Part shown: positions 1 to 12,153 of the stretch, in pieces
How the letters are laid out: the number at the start of each line of letters is the position of its first letter
How positions within the stretch are numbered: position 1 is the first letter of the stretch
Assembly (NCBI GenBank): GCA_002104905.1
Contig: MCFE01000687.1
Location: 1-44,998 of the forward strand
Source of the DNA: Basidiobolus meristosporus CBS 931.73
Lineage: Eukaryota > Fungi > Basidiobolomycota
Length of the DNA stretch: 44,998 nt
Direction of reading: 5' to 3'
Notes under the pieces: model-generated
Told to the model about the DNA's origin: nothing
What the model saw: the letters and a program-made list of their open reading frames with translations, nothing else
Database searches by the model: none
Program-made: the position numbers and the translations under genes

Positions 1-130
1 AATCAAATGAGTCATCAGCCACAGCCTACAGTAGGAAATATAATTAGTCAGCAATTAATCTGGCAAAATGAATATAAGGAGCGGCTGGAATCTCAATAAA
101 TATCAGCTCAAGTTTTAGTGAATACAATAC
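1..130 (+). repeat. Fragment of the Gypsy LTR family found at 6008-6376 and 13992-14360 (left end outside window)
   Basis: aatcaaatgagtcatcagccacagcctac...ctcaataaa...gtgaatacaata matches 14183-14309 nearly base for base; similarity stops at ~130. Confidence 0.85.
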
Positions 131-1000
131 TTCATCCCACCTGAGGATAAACTTTGCATAGGTCTGCACAGATCTGATTCAATTAGGTTTAATTTTTTCT
201 TACTATTGATTAACCTAGAGCTCTTGAACAGTTATCTGGCTTGTTTCCCATATATGCAGGCTTCACAGTGCTCTAAGTAGCTCTAGGGTCCTGTTTTACC
301 CTGTATAGTAGCTGATCTTTGATCATACTGCGCAAATAATTAAAATTGATTTTCCAATTTGCCTGTGGCAAAGCATTAGTGATTCTTAATTTAAGTTACT
401 TATATTGGCTTCCAAATAGGATGCAATATAGGTCAACTTATACAGAGTCTGATATCTGATACCCTAAGGACTATGAGCACCATTTTGAGCAGTGATCCTG
501 CATCCAGAATTGGCAAAGCTGAAACTGAGACCTTCTGCTGTGGCATTGCTTACAGATATTAGGTTCTTGGCTATTTCTGGTATATAAGGTAGTTCTTTAA
601 AGGTCAGTGTATGGCTTCCATTTCTGCTTCTAAGGCTTACTTGGATAGCTTCTTCTCCCACTGCATCAAGCAGACTATAGTTTCTCATGAAAACCTTCTT
701 GATTGAGACTTCTTGACATTAGGTAAAAAGTTCATTTTGGTGTGTAAAGTGCTAAGATGCTCCAGCACCAATAAACTATGTCTAAGAATCCTTGTTTGTG
801 GTATATTTGTTGCAGATATGAAGAGTGTTTCTGCAGATGTTTCAGCATTTCCATATTCAGGCTTTTTCTGCTGACTGTCTCTCTTTTTGAAGCACTGCTC
901 TGATGTGTGTTCTTTCCTTTTGCACTAACTGCAAAACAGGTTGCTGTTGCCTTTTAAAGGTCTTAGAAATCATTATTGTTGGTTATCATTGCGTATTAGG
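131..1000 (-). pseudogene. Degenerate Ty1/Copia internal region: gag zinc knuckle, protease, GAG-pre-integrase and integrase start
   Basis: Minus-strand remnants: C..CKRKGHTSEQC knuckle (~900-940), IGAGAS*HFT (decayed DSGAS), LPYIPEIAKNLISVS, HCEACIYGKQAR, LNLIESDLCRPMQSLSSGGMKY; many stops. Confidence 0.8.
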
Positions 1001-1575
1001 GCACTCCCCAATCATTGGTGATCTCAAAAACCTTGTCTGAGGTCAATTTAAGGCCCCTTTACAGTCTGGGACTCATCAATAAGCACAGATTGGGCATAGG
1101 CTAAGTTCACACCCTCCTTGGTATAGTAACTTGCGCTATTTCTGGTTTAGTAAGATTTTTTGGCTTGTAATACTGAAATGCTCACTTCTGGGATGTTTAT
1201 TGGCACTGATTTAGGCTGAACCACCACTATGGCGTTCTTTGGGGTGAAAAAATTTTCATTGTTTGATCTTATTCAATTCTGCCTCTTGATGGACTTGTGA
1301 TCAGATGTTTATCATTTTCTTATGTCATTCTTGTTTAAAAATTAAATATTCATCAAATAGCATATCCCTAGACTTAATCAGCTTTGTTGCTCAGTTATTG
1401 TAGTGTCTGTATGCACTACTTACATTGCATTAGCCTAAAAGTATGCATATTGCACTTTTTAGCTCAAATTTTGACTTACTTCTGGTCATTTTCTTTGCAT
1501 ACACTGTACACCCAAATATTTTTAGATGTTCTGCACTTAGTGTGTATCCATACCATATCTCAAATGAATTAGAGT
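1001..1575 (-). pseudogene. Degenerate Copia integrase C-terminal (SH3-like) and pre-RT region
   Basis: Minus-strand translation FEIWYGYTLSAEHLKIFGCTVYA...KFELKSAICILLG...AYRHY...LIKSRDMLFDE matches the Copia PyE.w...HL+.FGC...SRDV.FDE segment. Confidence 0.7.
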
Positions 1576-1639
1576 CATACAGTGTTCTGCAATAACTCCA
1601 ATCTTTGAGATATACAGCTACAGTAGCTGTTTTCCCCTA

Positions 1640-2230
1640 AATATCATAGGATCACCCTCAGATCAGCAGATTAACTAAGAGGATGAAGCAAACATGTTGC
1701 TGCATACTAGAGAAGCTTCAATGGGAACTTCCCCAGTCATGGGCCAAGCTGCACCCACTGACACTCCTAGCAATGCGTACAATACCAAATAAAACAACAG
1801 GTTTCTCCCCCACAAAGTTCTGTATGGACAAAGGCCTAAGCTGCATGAAGAAGCTGGATTGACAATGAAAGGTGTCCCCTTGACAACACATAGCAACTAT
1901 GTAGAAAGATTGATACATCATATTGCCCACCTATATATAAAAGTATTCAAAATTGCTGACAAGCACCTTCCCCCTTCACCCAAAAATGAGAAACTAACAG
2001 GACAAAGGTGGAAACCAGACAATAAGGTGTGGTACAACCAAGCTGTTGCAAGCCTCAAGTTTTGCATACAATTTACACCCCAAGGGAGTGGCCCTTGCAC
2101 CATTATTAGTTTAGACCATGGCCCAAAGTACACCATCACCCTGAACAATAAGACAATCAGCAATTTAGTGCCAGCCCATCTGAAACTGTTTCATGATGAT
2201 CCGCCATTCATCACTGAAACCAAAGTGTGA
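1640..2230 (+). pseudogene. Retroviral-like (rve) integrase C-terminal remnant, Gypsy or Ginger type
   Basis: DHPQISRLTKRMKQT...SWAKLHPLTLLAMRTIPNKTTGFSP/KVLYGQRPKL, followed by GSGPCTII...LVPAHLKLF (GPY/F-like tail); frameshifted. Confidence 0.7.
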
Positions 2231-2721
2231 CTAAACAATTATCAGGACAAGGATAGAGGAAAACACAGGATACATACAAAGTTATTAGAGGATATTTTAG
2301 TTGATATAGTTACAAATGATATGTGCAAGGAAGTTTGCCCAAAAGGAAGGGCAAAAGTATGCGTATGGAAAGCACCAAAGGAAACAGCTCACCCAAAACT
2401 GGTGATACCCCTCCCACCAGCAAGAATCAAGACAATATTGAAAACAAGACCAACCTGCAAGTGTTGTGAGATATGGTATAAGTGTTATATGCAACAAGAG
2501 CCACCCGTGAAGAATTGTTTGCTGGAGCAGTCACGTTGATATAAGACATAATCAGAGAGGGACAAGACAAGTGACCTACACCAATACAAAGTATGGAGAT
2601 ACCACCCAAGAAAACCGTGTACCACATGAGAGGAGGTTCCTTGATCATTAAGGAGAAGGATGCCGCACTGATTCCTGTATCCATACTGGATACAGTGAGA
2701 CAGAAGACACAAGGAATCAAC

Positions 2722-3096
2722 TGTTATGCCCTCCTGAGGCCTTGAGAAACATCCCTTGAGCAATGCAAGCCCCACCCCACTCTGCCACCAAATGGTATCA
2801 GATACTTGCCTGCAACCCCCTCACAAGTGACAACCAGCAATGGTACTATGGTGACTCCCTATGCTCTGTAGACAAAATCAACCCTGGAGAAGCAAGTTAG
2901 ACAAAGAGCTTTGAGGACAAAGCTCCCTCATAACCCCTGGGATATGTGAGTGCTAAGTGTAGTACCCATTCTTTGCCCAAGAGTTCTCCCCAGAGTCCTA
3001 CCTGAAGTTCCCCAGTATCCTCCCTCCTATTCCTGCCCTTATCTAGCTAGAACGCCTACCATAACAGGAAGGTGTTCACACCCCTATTTTATAACA
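2722..3096. repeat. Possible LTR or solo LTR (TGTTAT...ATAACA)
   Basis: 6-bp terminal inverted repeat with candidate ends at 3066 or 3096; no matching TSD found and no second copy in the window. Confidence 0.3.
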
Positions 3097-3169
3097 CATT
3101 GTCTATTATCTAAGCCCCCCCAAGTGATATATATATGTCCAGTTGAACAAAGTGAGAGAACAACAAGAT

Positions 3170-4160
3170 TTGGATGGAATAAACACAAGTCTTTATTAAC
3201 TTGCTACCTTCCATTGGAAGCTATTCTGAACCAAGTGGTACTGACTTGACCTACAAGCTCTCCCACTCACCAAGTACAGTCTGTGATAACCTACAAACTT
3301 GTATGGATTTTGATCTCTGATACCCAAAGCTATATGGGCACTATTATGATTCGTGATCCTGCATCCTGAATTGTCAAAACTGAAACAGAGTACTTCTGCT
3401 GTTGTCACTACTTGTGAGCTTCACTCTGAGAGTTCCTTTTCTAACTGCATCAAGTGTTCTACTGTATACCATTGTAATTAGAATATCTTGGTATTGTGCA
3501 AAGTGCTCTTTTTGGTGTGCAAAATGTTGAGATACTCCAGAGTCAATATCAAATGTCTGAGAATTGTTGCTTGCGGTCAAATATAGTGCAGATATGAATA
3601 GTCAATCTTCAGTTGTTGCAGCATTTCCATATTCAGTCTTCTTCTGCTCATAATGAATCTTTTTGGGGCACCAGTCTAATGTGTGTCCAATTCTTTGGCA
3701 GCAGTTGCAAAGCAGGTTACTATTGCCTTTAAAGGATCTTGAGCACCTCCTTTGTTGGCTATTATTGCGTATTAAAGCATTTTCTTCTTCTTTCTTATTA
3801 GTGCTTAATTATCTGTATTCATCATCCAGGAGCCTGCCAAATATATAACTTGTGGTCAAATATTTAGTTCTGAACTCAAGAGCTGATACAAGGACCCTAA
3901 ACCTGTCTATCAGGCTATTCAGGATGGTAACTATAGCTTCCTCATCAGCTGGTACACCAACAGATTTCATCTCATCAGCCAACAGGGTAATCCTGTCAGT
4001 TATATCTTGGATTTTTTTCTCCAGGCAGCATCTTTGTTGTAAAGAACTTGTTTAAGATGCAATGTTTTCACAGCTTAAAATGACTTACATATGTCTTCCA
4101 GTGCCTTCTAGGCGTTCATTGCCATATATAACTTCAGCATTGAATTAGTCATTTATCTAG
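3170..4160 (-). pseudogene. Second degenerate Copia gag-protease remnant, related to 131-1000
   Basis: UBN2-like gag (QDRITLLADEMKSVGVPADEEAIVTILNSL), CNCCQRIGHTLDWC knuckle, DIDSGVSQHF protease motif, FSFDNSGCRIT; DNA similar to 480-1000. Confidence 0.8.
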
Positions 4161-4168
4161 GGCATTAA

Positions 4169-5378
4169 CCTTATGAAAAAAGTTTTGGTCCCATGGGTGG
4201 ATTCTGCTGTAAGAGTCTTAGAGATATTGGAAGTGATTGGGAGGACAAGTAGCTTATGTGATTTTCACTTAATGAATTTTTGAATGTAAAGGTAGTATTT
4301 ATACTTTTACATGGTACTGGCATAACAAACACATAGAATAGGTTAAGGAAGGTCCCATGAACATGTGTACAAGCTTTAGGGCTGTTTTGACAACTTTGAG
4401 AATTTTTCATGTTTGAGGTACCTGGTATTTTGGTGAAAATATTCTATGTAAATCCTGACAAGAAATTTGTTCAGTATTCTGTAGGATTTGAAGGGAATGA
4501 TCTAAGTGACTAAATCAGGTGAATATTTAGGTGGAGTTACATACTCTTACAACAGATACAATCCAGATCTGCCATCAGAATCCACAGCCTCCATGTCCTC
4601 CACTGTTGACAGAGCAGAGATCCTACTGACAGACAAGGCTAAAATGTCAAGAACTCAAAAGATTATATTGATTCCTTCAGTGGAATTTTGGAACATTAAT
4701 AAGCACATCAGAGGTTGCAGCACTTCCTCAAGAGCAGTGCTCAAGAAGACGCACTTGAATATTGCAAGGATTTATTGCAAAGACTGGAAGCCAAGGTGAT
4801 AGTCCTTGCAGTGCCTGATGAAGACCAGGGTATGTGAAAATCAGTGAATGAACAGTGGCATAAAGCCATTGGGTCCCGCCAAAGTTGCGGAACCAGAGTG
4901 TCACAGCAGAAATACTTATTCAGTGGTGGATTTTAATTGAGTTACTTGTTGAGTGTGGGGTTTGGCTTAATGTTAGGGTAGGGTATAGGGACTTGTATAG
5001 GTCAATACAAGTGGCAATTGAGGTACAACTAAAGTTTCAACAGAAGCAAATTAACTTGTTCACATGAGAAGTAAGAGAAACAGTTGAGCCAGGAAGTAAG
5101 GAGTGTGAAAAGAGACAATAGCCAATTAATGCACACAAATGTAGGAGGTGATAGAGTGTCCAGGATCAGAAAGTAAGCAAATTGGGAGGGAACCAATCAA
5201 AAGCCTCTTATATGTTGCTATGATGAAGAATTTTGTCTAAGTCTTTGGAGAAACCTGGGGTGCAATTATGTTGCAGCAGTCTTGGGACAGTGTCCTGAAG
5301 GGATCAGTACCTCTTAGTCACAGGACTTCAAATTTGTGACAGCCTTTTGATGGGATCATTACAATAATTTTTCATAAG
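4169..5378 (-). mobile_element. Internally deleted non-autonomous derivative of the CACTA-like element at 29657-35445 (copy A)
   Basis: Starts ccttatgaaaaaagttttggtcccatgggtggattc, the CpG-decayed reverse complement of 35409-35445; jumps to the accessory-ORF 3' region and ends ataatttttcataag like the 29657 end; no TSD recovered. Confidence 0.65.
4205..4554 (-). repeat. Solo Copia LTR (350 bp)
   Basis: tgctgtaagag...cttacaaca, reverse complement of the LTR at 15132-15481; flanked by gattc/gatac (5-bp TSD, one mismatch); host sequence resumes on both sides. Confidence 0.85.
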
Positions 5379-6007
5379 CAATGTCACAGCTAAGAATTTA
5401 GCCATTTTCCAATGTAACAGCAGAGGAACATTGTACAGTCATTGCAGCACACCAACAGTGCAAGAAGATAAAGCCCACCAAAAAACCTATCACAGGATGG
5501 GAGGGAGAAAATGTAGTGTTTATACTAATGCCTAAATATCAAAAGACATGAAAGATCTATGAAGCTGTTAGGTGCAATGAAGATAAGTGGGCTAATATTC
5601 AAGAGGCTGTCAGAAGTCTAGCATGCCAACACCTTGAGGTTGTCATATAATGGGACTATCAGCAACTCAAGGCCAAGCAGAATGTGAGTGACTTGTTCCA
5701 CCAGCATTATCCTGGATTCAAATGAAGAAGCAGATTTTGGTCCAGCATTGGTATGCTAGGAAGGTATATGATGCATAGCAAAAACTATCAAAGGCAGAAG
5801 AATAAGAGTGCAATGGCTAAAAACCAGCAGCATCCTCATGAGCCTTTTACAAGCAGGGCTGAGAGCTCCAAACAAGCATCAAAGAGACATCAGGTAGCTG
5901 GAAGAGTGCAAATATGGGAAAAGCAGACAGGCAGAGTTGCACCAGCACAATATTCACTAAAGAAAAAGCATAGCGCAAGTTGAAAAGCACTCATTCAAGG
6001 TAGCAGT

Positions 6008-6376
6008 TGCTATGATCCACCACTTGAATGTTTAAGTTAGATCAGTTTTTAGTCAAATCAATTAGTTATATGTTTATGTTATCAGTATATCAGTATTTTC
6101 TATCAAATCAGTATAATTAGTCAGCAAATGAATCAGCAGATCATTATCACACAGAAATAGATATATTGGGTAGGATCTTTTTGGGTGATGATGATGCAAT
6201 CAAACAAGTCATCAGCCACAGCCTATGTTAGGAAATACAATCAGTCAGCAATTGATCTGGCAAAATATATATAAGGAGCTGCTGCAATCTCAATAAAGAT
6301 CAGTTCAAGTTTTTGTGAATACAATACTAGCTAAACTCCCTATTCCTCTGCAACTCATTTACCAAGACTTGTAACA
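6008..6376 (+). repeat. Gypsy 5' LTR
   Basis: tgctatgatcc...acttgtaaca; colinear with 13992-14360; contains tatatataa and aataaa. Confidence 0.9.
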
Positions 6377-6377
6377 T

Positions 6378-6387
6378 TGGTAGCAGC
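6378..6387 (+). promoter_or_regulatory. Putative primer-binding site (TGGTAGCAGC)
   Basis: 1 nt after the LTR end; TGGTAGC is complementary to the GCUACCA 3' end typical of animal and fungal initiator tRNA-Met. Confidence 0.55.
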
Positions 6388-6434
6388 AATAACCAGAAAC
6401 ATACCTCCTGAAGAAAGAAGAGGCCTCCCTCAAG

Positions 6435-9400
6435 ATGTCTGAAAATCAAGAATCAAAGAATGCTATGCAACAAATCCTTGCCCAGTAGCAACAGTTACTA
6501 CAGATCCTTAGCCAGCTGCAACAAGGAATGACTACAATGGCCCAAAGCCAGCAAAACCCTGTCAATAGCAATTTTGGTGTGAAGGTCAACCTGTACCATG
6601 GTAGAGTCAATGAAAACCTGGGAACTTGGCTTTTCCAGATTGAAGAAGCTTTCAAGGCTAAAGGAATTGCTCCAGTAAGCAAGTTACATTATGCAGCCTC
6701 TTACCTGGCAGATGCAGCTTCACAGTGGTACCACAACAAGATCAGGTCAGCCACCATGATGGGATGCTCTACAATATCTACCTGGGTTGAGTTTGTGTTG
6801 GAAATTCTGGATGCCTTTGAGCCCCTACACCAACAGACACTACTAAGAAGAAAGTTGAAGACACTCAGACAGAAAGGAATGGTCCAAGTGTACATCTATG
6901 AATATAGATGTCTTCTTGGGTAAATTGAAAGAATGGATCCTCTGGATCAAATTGAATACTTTATTGATGGGTTGAAAGAAATAACTTGTAAGGAAGTGAA
7001 TTATCAAAGACCTCAGACTATTGAAGAAGCCATCTAGATTGCTATTGACTATGACTCAGCTATGTTTGGAGCAGGGTAGCCCACAATGACTAATCAGCAA
7101 GGCTACAATCACTATGAAAGAAGACAATTAGAAGCAGTGCCTATGGAAATAGATGCTATATAGAAGAATCCTACCTCAGAAGAGTGTAAGAAGAAAGGAC
7201 TTTGCTTCATTTGCCACCAGCAGGGACATATTGAAAAGTACTGCCCTCAGAGAAGAAATGGACACCAGCCATCAAGAACCTTTAATCATATTGAGGCCAT
7301 GGAGCATAGTAACATGGAGGATGAACCTGAAGAAGACTCAGAACTCACCTTCCATATGACAGCAGAATACCTATCCCAGATGACCTCAAACTCAGGAAAG
7401 CTATTATACTTGAATGGAGTAATCAATGGAGTACCTGCCAAGATCATGATTGACTCAGGAGCATTGCATGAGTACATGTCAGAGCAATTTGCTCTGACAG
7501 CTGGGATCAACTCAGAACCTACCAAATCAACTTCAGTCTCAACAGCTGATGGGAACTCTCACATAATCAACCGTATTACTCAGCCAGTAAGGATCAAGAT
7601 CAATGACTATGAAGAAAATCTACAGGCCTATATACTTGGGAACTGCAAGTTTGACCTTGTACTTGGGAAAACCTGGCTATTTTGTTGCAATTCATCAATC
7701 AACTGGAGAACCCATGCTACTCAGATCCAGAAGGACAACAAGACCTATGAGATATTACCTTGCAGACTGGATTTTAACTTTGTCAATTCCAGTGTGTGTG
7801 AAACAAGTGAACTTAGCAAGACACAGTTCTGTAGAGCACTAAGAAAAGGCACCCAGATGTTCCTCATGGCAGTATTACAGGCAGAGTCTTCTACTCCAGT
7901 ACCCCAGAAGGTCCAGACTCTTTTGAAGGAATATTCAGATGTATTTCCAGAAGAGCTTGTAAGCCTACCACCAGTCAGAGACATGGATCATGCCATTGAA
8001 ACAGGAGATAGCACTTCAGTGTGTAAGACACCTTACAGAATGAGTCCATTGGAGTTGGAAGAGATGAAGAGACAAATAGATCAGTTACTGGAGCAAGGAT
8101 ATATCAGGCCCAGCAAGTCACCTTGGGGGGCACCAGTACTTTTTGTGAAGAGGAAGGATGGAGCACTTAGGATGTGCATTGACTACAGAGCCCTCAACTC
8201 AGTTACTGTGAAAAATAAGTACCTCATACCTTGGATTGATGAGCTGCTGGACCAACTCAATGGAGCCACTATTTTCAGCAAGATTGACCTCATGTCAGGA
8301 TACAACCAGATTAGGGTGAAGCCAGAAGACATCCCTAAGACAGCATTCAGGACCAGATATGGACATTACAAGTATTTAGTCATGAGTTTTGGCCTCACCA
8401 ATTCCCCAGCAACATTCATGACCTTGATGCAGACTGTCTTCCAGGAGTACTTAGACAGGTTTGTTATAATCTACCTAGATGATGAATTGATATGCAGCAA
8501 GACAGAAGAGGATAACTTGGTGCACATTGCAAAGGTCTTGAAGAAGCTAAGAGAGAACAAGCTTTATGGCAAGCTACCAAAGTGTGAATTCTTCAAGGAG
8601 CATATTGAACATCTGGGACACAAAGTGACCAGCGCAGGATTAACCTTAGACCCAAATAAGGTTGAAGTTATCAGGAATCTGAAGCAGCCCCAGAGAATAT
8701 CAGAGCTCAGATCATTTGTTGGAATGGTTTCCTATTATTGGTGATTTGTCAAGCCCTTGCAAGTATTGCAGCCCCTTTATCTCATATCCTCAAGAAAGAC
8801 AGTACTTACAGGTGGGACATAGCTTGTGAAACTGCCTTTCAGATGCTCAAGAATGAGCTTGCTAAGCTGCCAAGCTTAAGAATACCTGACTTCAGAAAAG
8901 AGTTTACTCTGTGCACAGATGCTTCCAATTATGCAATTGGTGGAGTGTTGAGCCAAGAACACAAGGGAAAGGACTACGCTGTTGCCCTTGAATCCAAGAA
9001 ACTGAACTTAGCAGAACAAAACTATCCAGTGCATGGGAAGGAGATGCTTGCTATAACACATTGTTTCAAGACAGGGAGATGCTATATTGAAGGAGTCAAA
9101 TGCACTGTAAATACTGATCATGCCTCCCTCAAGTATATATTTACTCTGAAGGTACTCTCTAGAAGACTGACAAGATGGAGTGAATACATTCAACAATTTG
9201 ACTTGGAGATTGTCTACTGCCCTGGATAAAAACAACATGGTTGCTGACACCTTATCAAGATTAGATCAAGTTGCACAACTCAACTTGGTGCATGAAGCAG
9301 ATTGGCCTAGCCTATTACCCAAGTACTTTGAGAACCAAGCCATTCCTAATGAGGTGGATGAAGATATCAAGAAGAGAATCTAGGATGAAGCCAGCAAATT

Positions 9401-9484
9401 TGTAGTACAGGATGAAACACTCTACCAAACTGTGGATGGAAGGCCTATTGCCTAATACCCTTATGTTTCTTGCCTGGATATAAT
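6435..9484 (+). pseudogene. Gypsy gag-pol 5' part (gag, CCHC knuckle, protease, RT, RNase H), single-frame organisation with stops and frameshifts
   Basis: WLFQIEEAF...YAASYLADAASQWY; CFICHQQGHIEKYC; IMIDSGA; LRMCIDYRALN, KTAFRTRYG, YLDD; CTDASNYAIGGVL. Confidence 0.95.
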
Positions 9485-9667
9485 AGACTTGTTCCGTTGG
9501 ATAGTGCCACATAGTGCCAGCCGGTTTATAGTGCCGGATCAATCTGGCACTCTACGACACTATCTGGCACTATAATTTCTACCATGATGCCAGTGGTATG
9601 ATACAGTTACTGGTAATTTTACTCAATCTTACTTATGTTGTTCAGAATAGTGCTTTCCTTGCTTTAT

Positions 9668-10552
9668 TTACTCTTCATAATGCTCCAGACACATTTCTCT
9701 CAGTGGATGTCTTCTTGTATGAACATACTGTGCATTGATAAGTATCTTAACTATTTTACCTATTCTGCTGCTTTCTCCTATATATGACTTTCCTCTGTAT
9801 TTACCTGCCAATATGCTGAATCTCTTCAGATATCCAAATGTGTGCTCTACCCTTACTCTGAAATGATTAAATATCTCATTGTAGAGCTTCTGCTTCCTGC
9901 TAAGCACAACATTCCTTGGCTTCCTATAAGCTGTAATACATCCTAATCTGTGACAATCCTCTCCTATATAGGCCAAGTCTGCCATACATTTCTCCCCTCT
10001 ACTGAATTCAGGATGATTCTCTACCCAGAGTGCTTTGTCATGCCTACTTCCAGCAAATGGCCCACTAAACCAGATGATGTTACCCTCAATGTCAGACAGT
10101 GCTTGAAACTTCACACAGTGTGCCTTGTACTTGCCAGAATAAAAGTGCCTCTGCCCTCTAGAAGGTCTGTTAATCCTCACTGGGAAGGTATCCAAAATAC
10201 TCCTGATATGGAACCTGTTGCTGAACACTCTGGGATATGGAAGTCTATTGGAGCTTCTGAACCTAGCATTCCAAGCTTGCTCTAAGTCATTCATACCCTC
10301 TGCAAGGTGGTTCTCCATTGTTGTCAGCTGGGAATGAAAGCTTCTAGGACTTTTGTTGCCATGGATGGTGGGATGAAACCTTGTAGGGCAATAGTTCTTG
10401 TAATAGCAGAGAAGCTTAACAAGGGATCTCCTTGAGTAGATTGGGGTTGATGGTCCACAGTACTTGGAATAGATCTCCTCCAGTGTGTCAAAAGGAAATC
10501 CAGTGGTAGTGATGGGATTGATGAGAAAAGACCATTCAGATGAGTAAGTCAT
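9668..10552 (-). CDS. DDE_Tnp_4-type transposase, intact 294 aa (copy 1)
   Basis: ILDTFPVRINRP, FYSGKYKAHCVKFQAL, GSRHD, MADLAYIG, RVRVEHTFGYLKRF motifs; open frame. Confidence 0.92.
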   Translation of the reverse strand: MTYSSEWSFLINPITTTGFPFDTLEEIYSKYCGPSTPIYSRRSLVKLLCYYKNYCPTRFHPTIHGNKSPRSFHSQLTTMENHLAEGMNDLEQAWNARFRSSNRLPYPRVFSNRFHIRSILDTFPVRINRPSRGQRHFYSGKYKAHCVKFQALSDIEGNIIWFSGPFAGSRHDKALWVENHPEFSRGEKCMADLAYIGEDCHRLGCITAYRKPRNVVLSRKQKLYNEIFNHFRVRVEHTFGYLKRFSILAGKYRGKSYIGESSRIGKIVKILINAQYVHTRRHPLREMCLEHYEE

Positions 10553-10911
10553 ATTAAAATTGATGGATGATTGTATGGAGGCGGTTTGAATTGATTCAGC
10601 GCGATCTGCGTTATTTATCTGATTTTTAACACATTATGGTTAAATCTCCATCGATTGCCATGTATCCCATCATTGTATCGCAAAAATCATCCGCAAACAA
10701 TGCCTTGGTACTTTTATTGATGCTTTAATCATAGGTCTATAATCAAATAGGAAATCTGCGATTGATGTGATCTGATCCGTGTCAACGCAATCCAAGATGC
10801 ATCATGCATAATATATGGAAAATTCAACATTCACTTTAGTTTTCATATATATTTCATATAAGACCAGGTTGATGCCAATATACTGCTGTATAAGTATCCA
10901 AATCCGTTGCT

Positions 10912-12153
10912 ATGGTCCTCATACCAAGCCTCAACTCATCTTTAGTACAACCCAGACAAAACCCATCCCCCAGCTCATAAGCGTGGTCTGGACCGGAAAA
11001 GTCGATGTCGGATCCATTCGAGTTCTCGCCAAATGATTTTAGTAAGGCCCTAGTGTCTATGATGAGCCTTCATACAGATATTTGGGCACTACTGATTAAT
11101 CTAGCAGAACTAGATACCTCAGAGAGTCGACAAAGATGGAAGAATTTGAGTAGAAAGCTGTGGCATGAGTTCTACATCAAGATGCCAGCCAATGTATGTA
11201 AAAAGATATATAACAAGACAAGTATTGAAATCAAGAATGAGCTGAGAGTGAGGGGATTTGACAAGGAAGCCGTGCGGGAACGATTTTGCGCGCAATTTGC
11301 ACAGTACGGGCCGGACGCGTCCGTTAGTGCCTCAACTTTGGGAACCAAAGAGATTTTGAATGAGTTTTTGCCTCAAATGACTAATGTACTACGTGATATA
11401 TTAGTAGAGCTAAGTGGCTTCCAAGAGCAATATACACAGGACTCATCCAGGCAACAGCTCCAAAGTATCAGACAGAGGGTAAGTGAATACCTTGAGGAAT
11501 CAGATGGTGAGCTTCAGGAGGAAGAATACACACCGCGAGCAACATCGTCCAGATTGCGCCAGCACGCCTCGCTGGATTCCCTACCATCTCTTGCAACCAC
11601 AGCGCGCCGGCGCACGTCAGTCCAGACCATGCCAACACCCTTTACCAGAACGCCCCACGTTGAGTCAACGCGCGCACTTCAGAGCAAAACTACCAGAACT
11701 TGCCAAACTACTCATTTAGACACAAGTCCATTGGAGCGGACCAAGTCGCGTCAACATGCGGCATCACATTGAACTCAGCCAAGGGCCATCTCAACGCGTC
11801 AAGGCGCGCCTGCGTGTGCCGTTTTGCCTGACCATCAGCAAGTTACTTCTGGTGAACTGACTGATGATGACCAACATGAAGTGACTCAACCACTGGAGCC
11901 CTTGGCAAGTAAAAGAACGCGTCAGCGCGTGGCACTACAGGCCGGTTCAGTTGGTTCAGTTGGTTCAGTCGGAGCGATTCAGCGTGGCCAAGCTGCAGCA
12001 TCGCACTCATCAACTAGGAGGCAAAATACTGACTACAAATACACAAGTAGCCAAGATGATAGTCAGCCAGGAAGTAGTATAGGTGTGCAAAGTGAGTCAC
12101 TACCAAATGCTTCAGTAGTAATCCCTGTGAGAAAAAAACCCAGGAGAAGATGA
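10912..12153 (+). pseudogene. Accessory ORF2 of copy 1, broken by two nonsense changes (TAA near 10978, TGA at 11770)
   Basis: Colinear with the intact 413-aa ORF at 23451-24692. Confidence 0.85.

Noticed and set aside
4165-4180. piggyBac assignment for the CCC..GGG element (TTAA precedes the 4169 terminus)
   Set aside because: The full copy has CAGA flanks and a Tnp2/DUF4218-type transposase; TTAA is not repeated at the other end.
7153-7359. Programmed gag-pol ribosomal frameshift
   Set aside because: The CCHC knuckle and protease are in the same frame; the breaks seen are decay stops and indels.
9950-10285. 111-aa ORF repeated at 17822-18157 and 25319-25654
   Set aside because: Antisense shadow of the transposase; conserved only because the element copies are near-identical.
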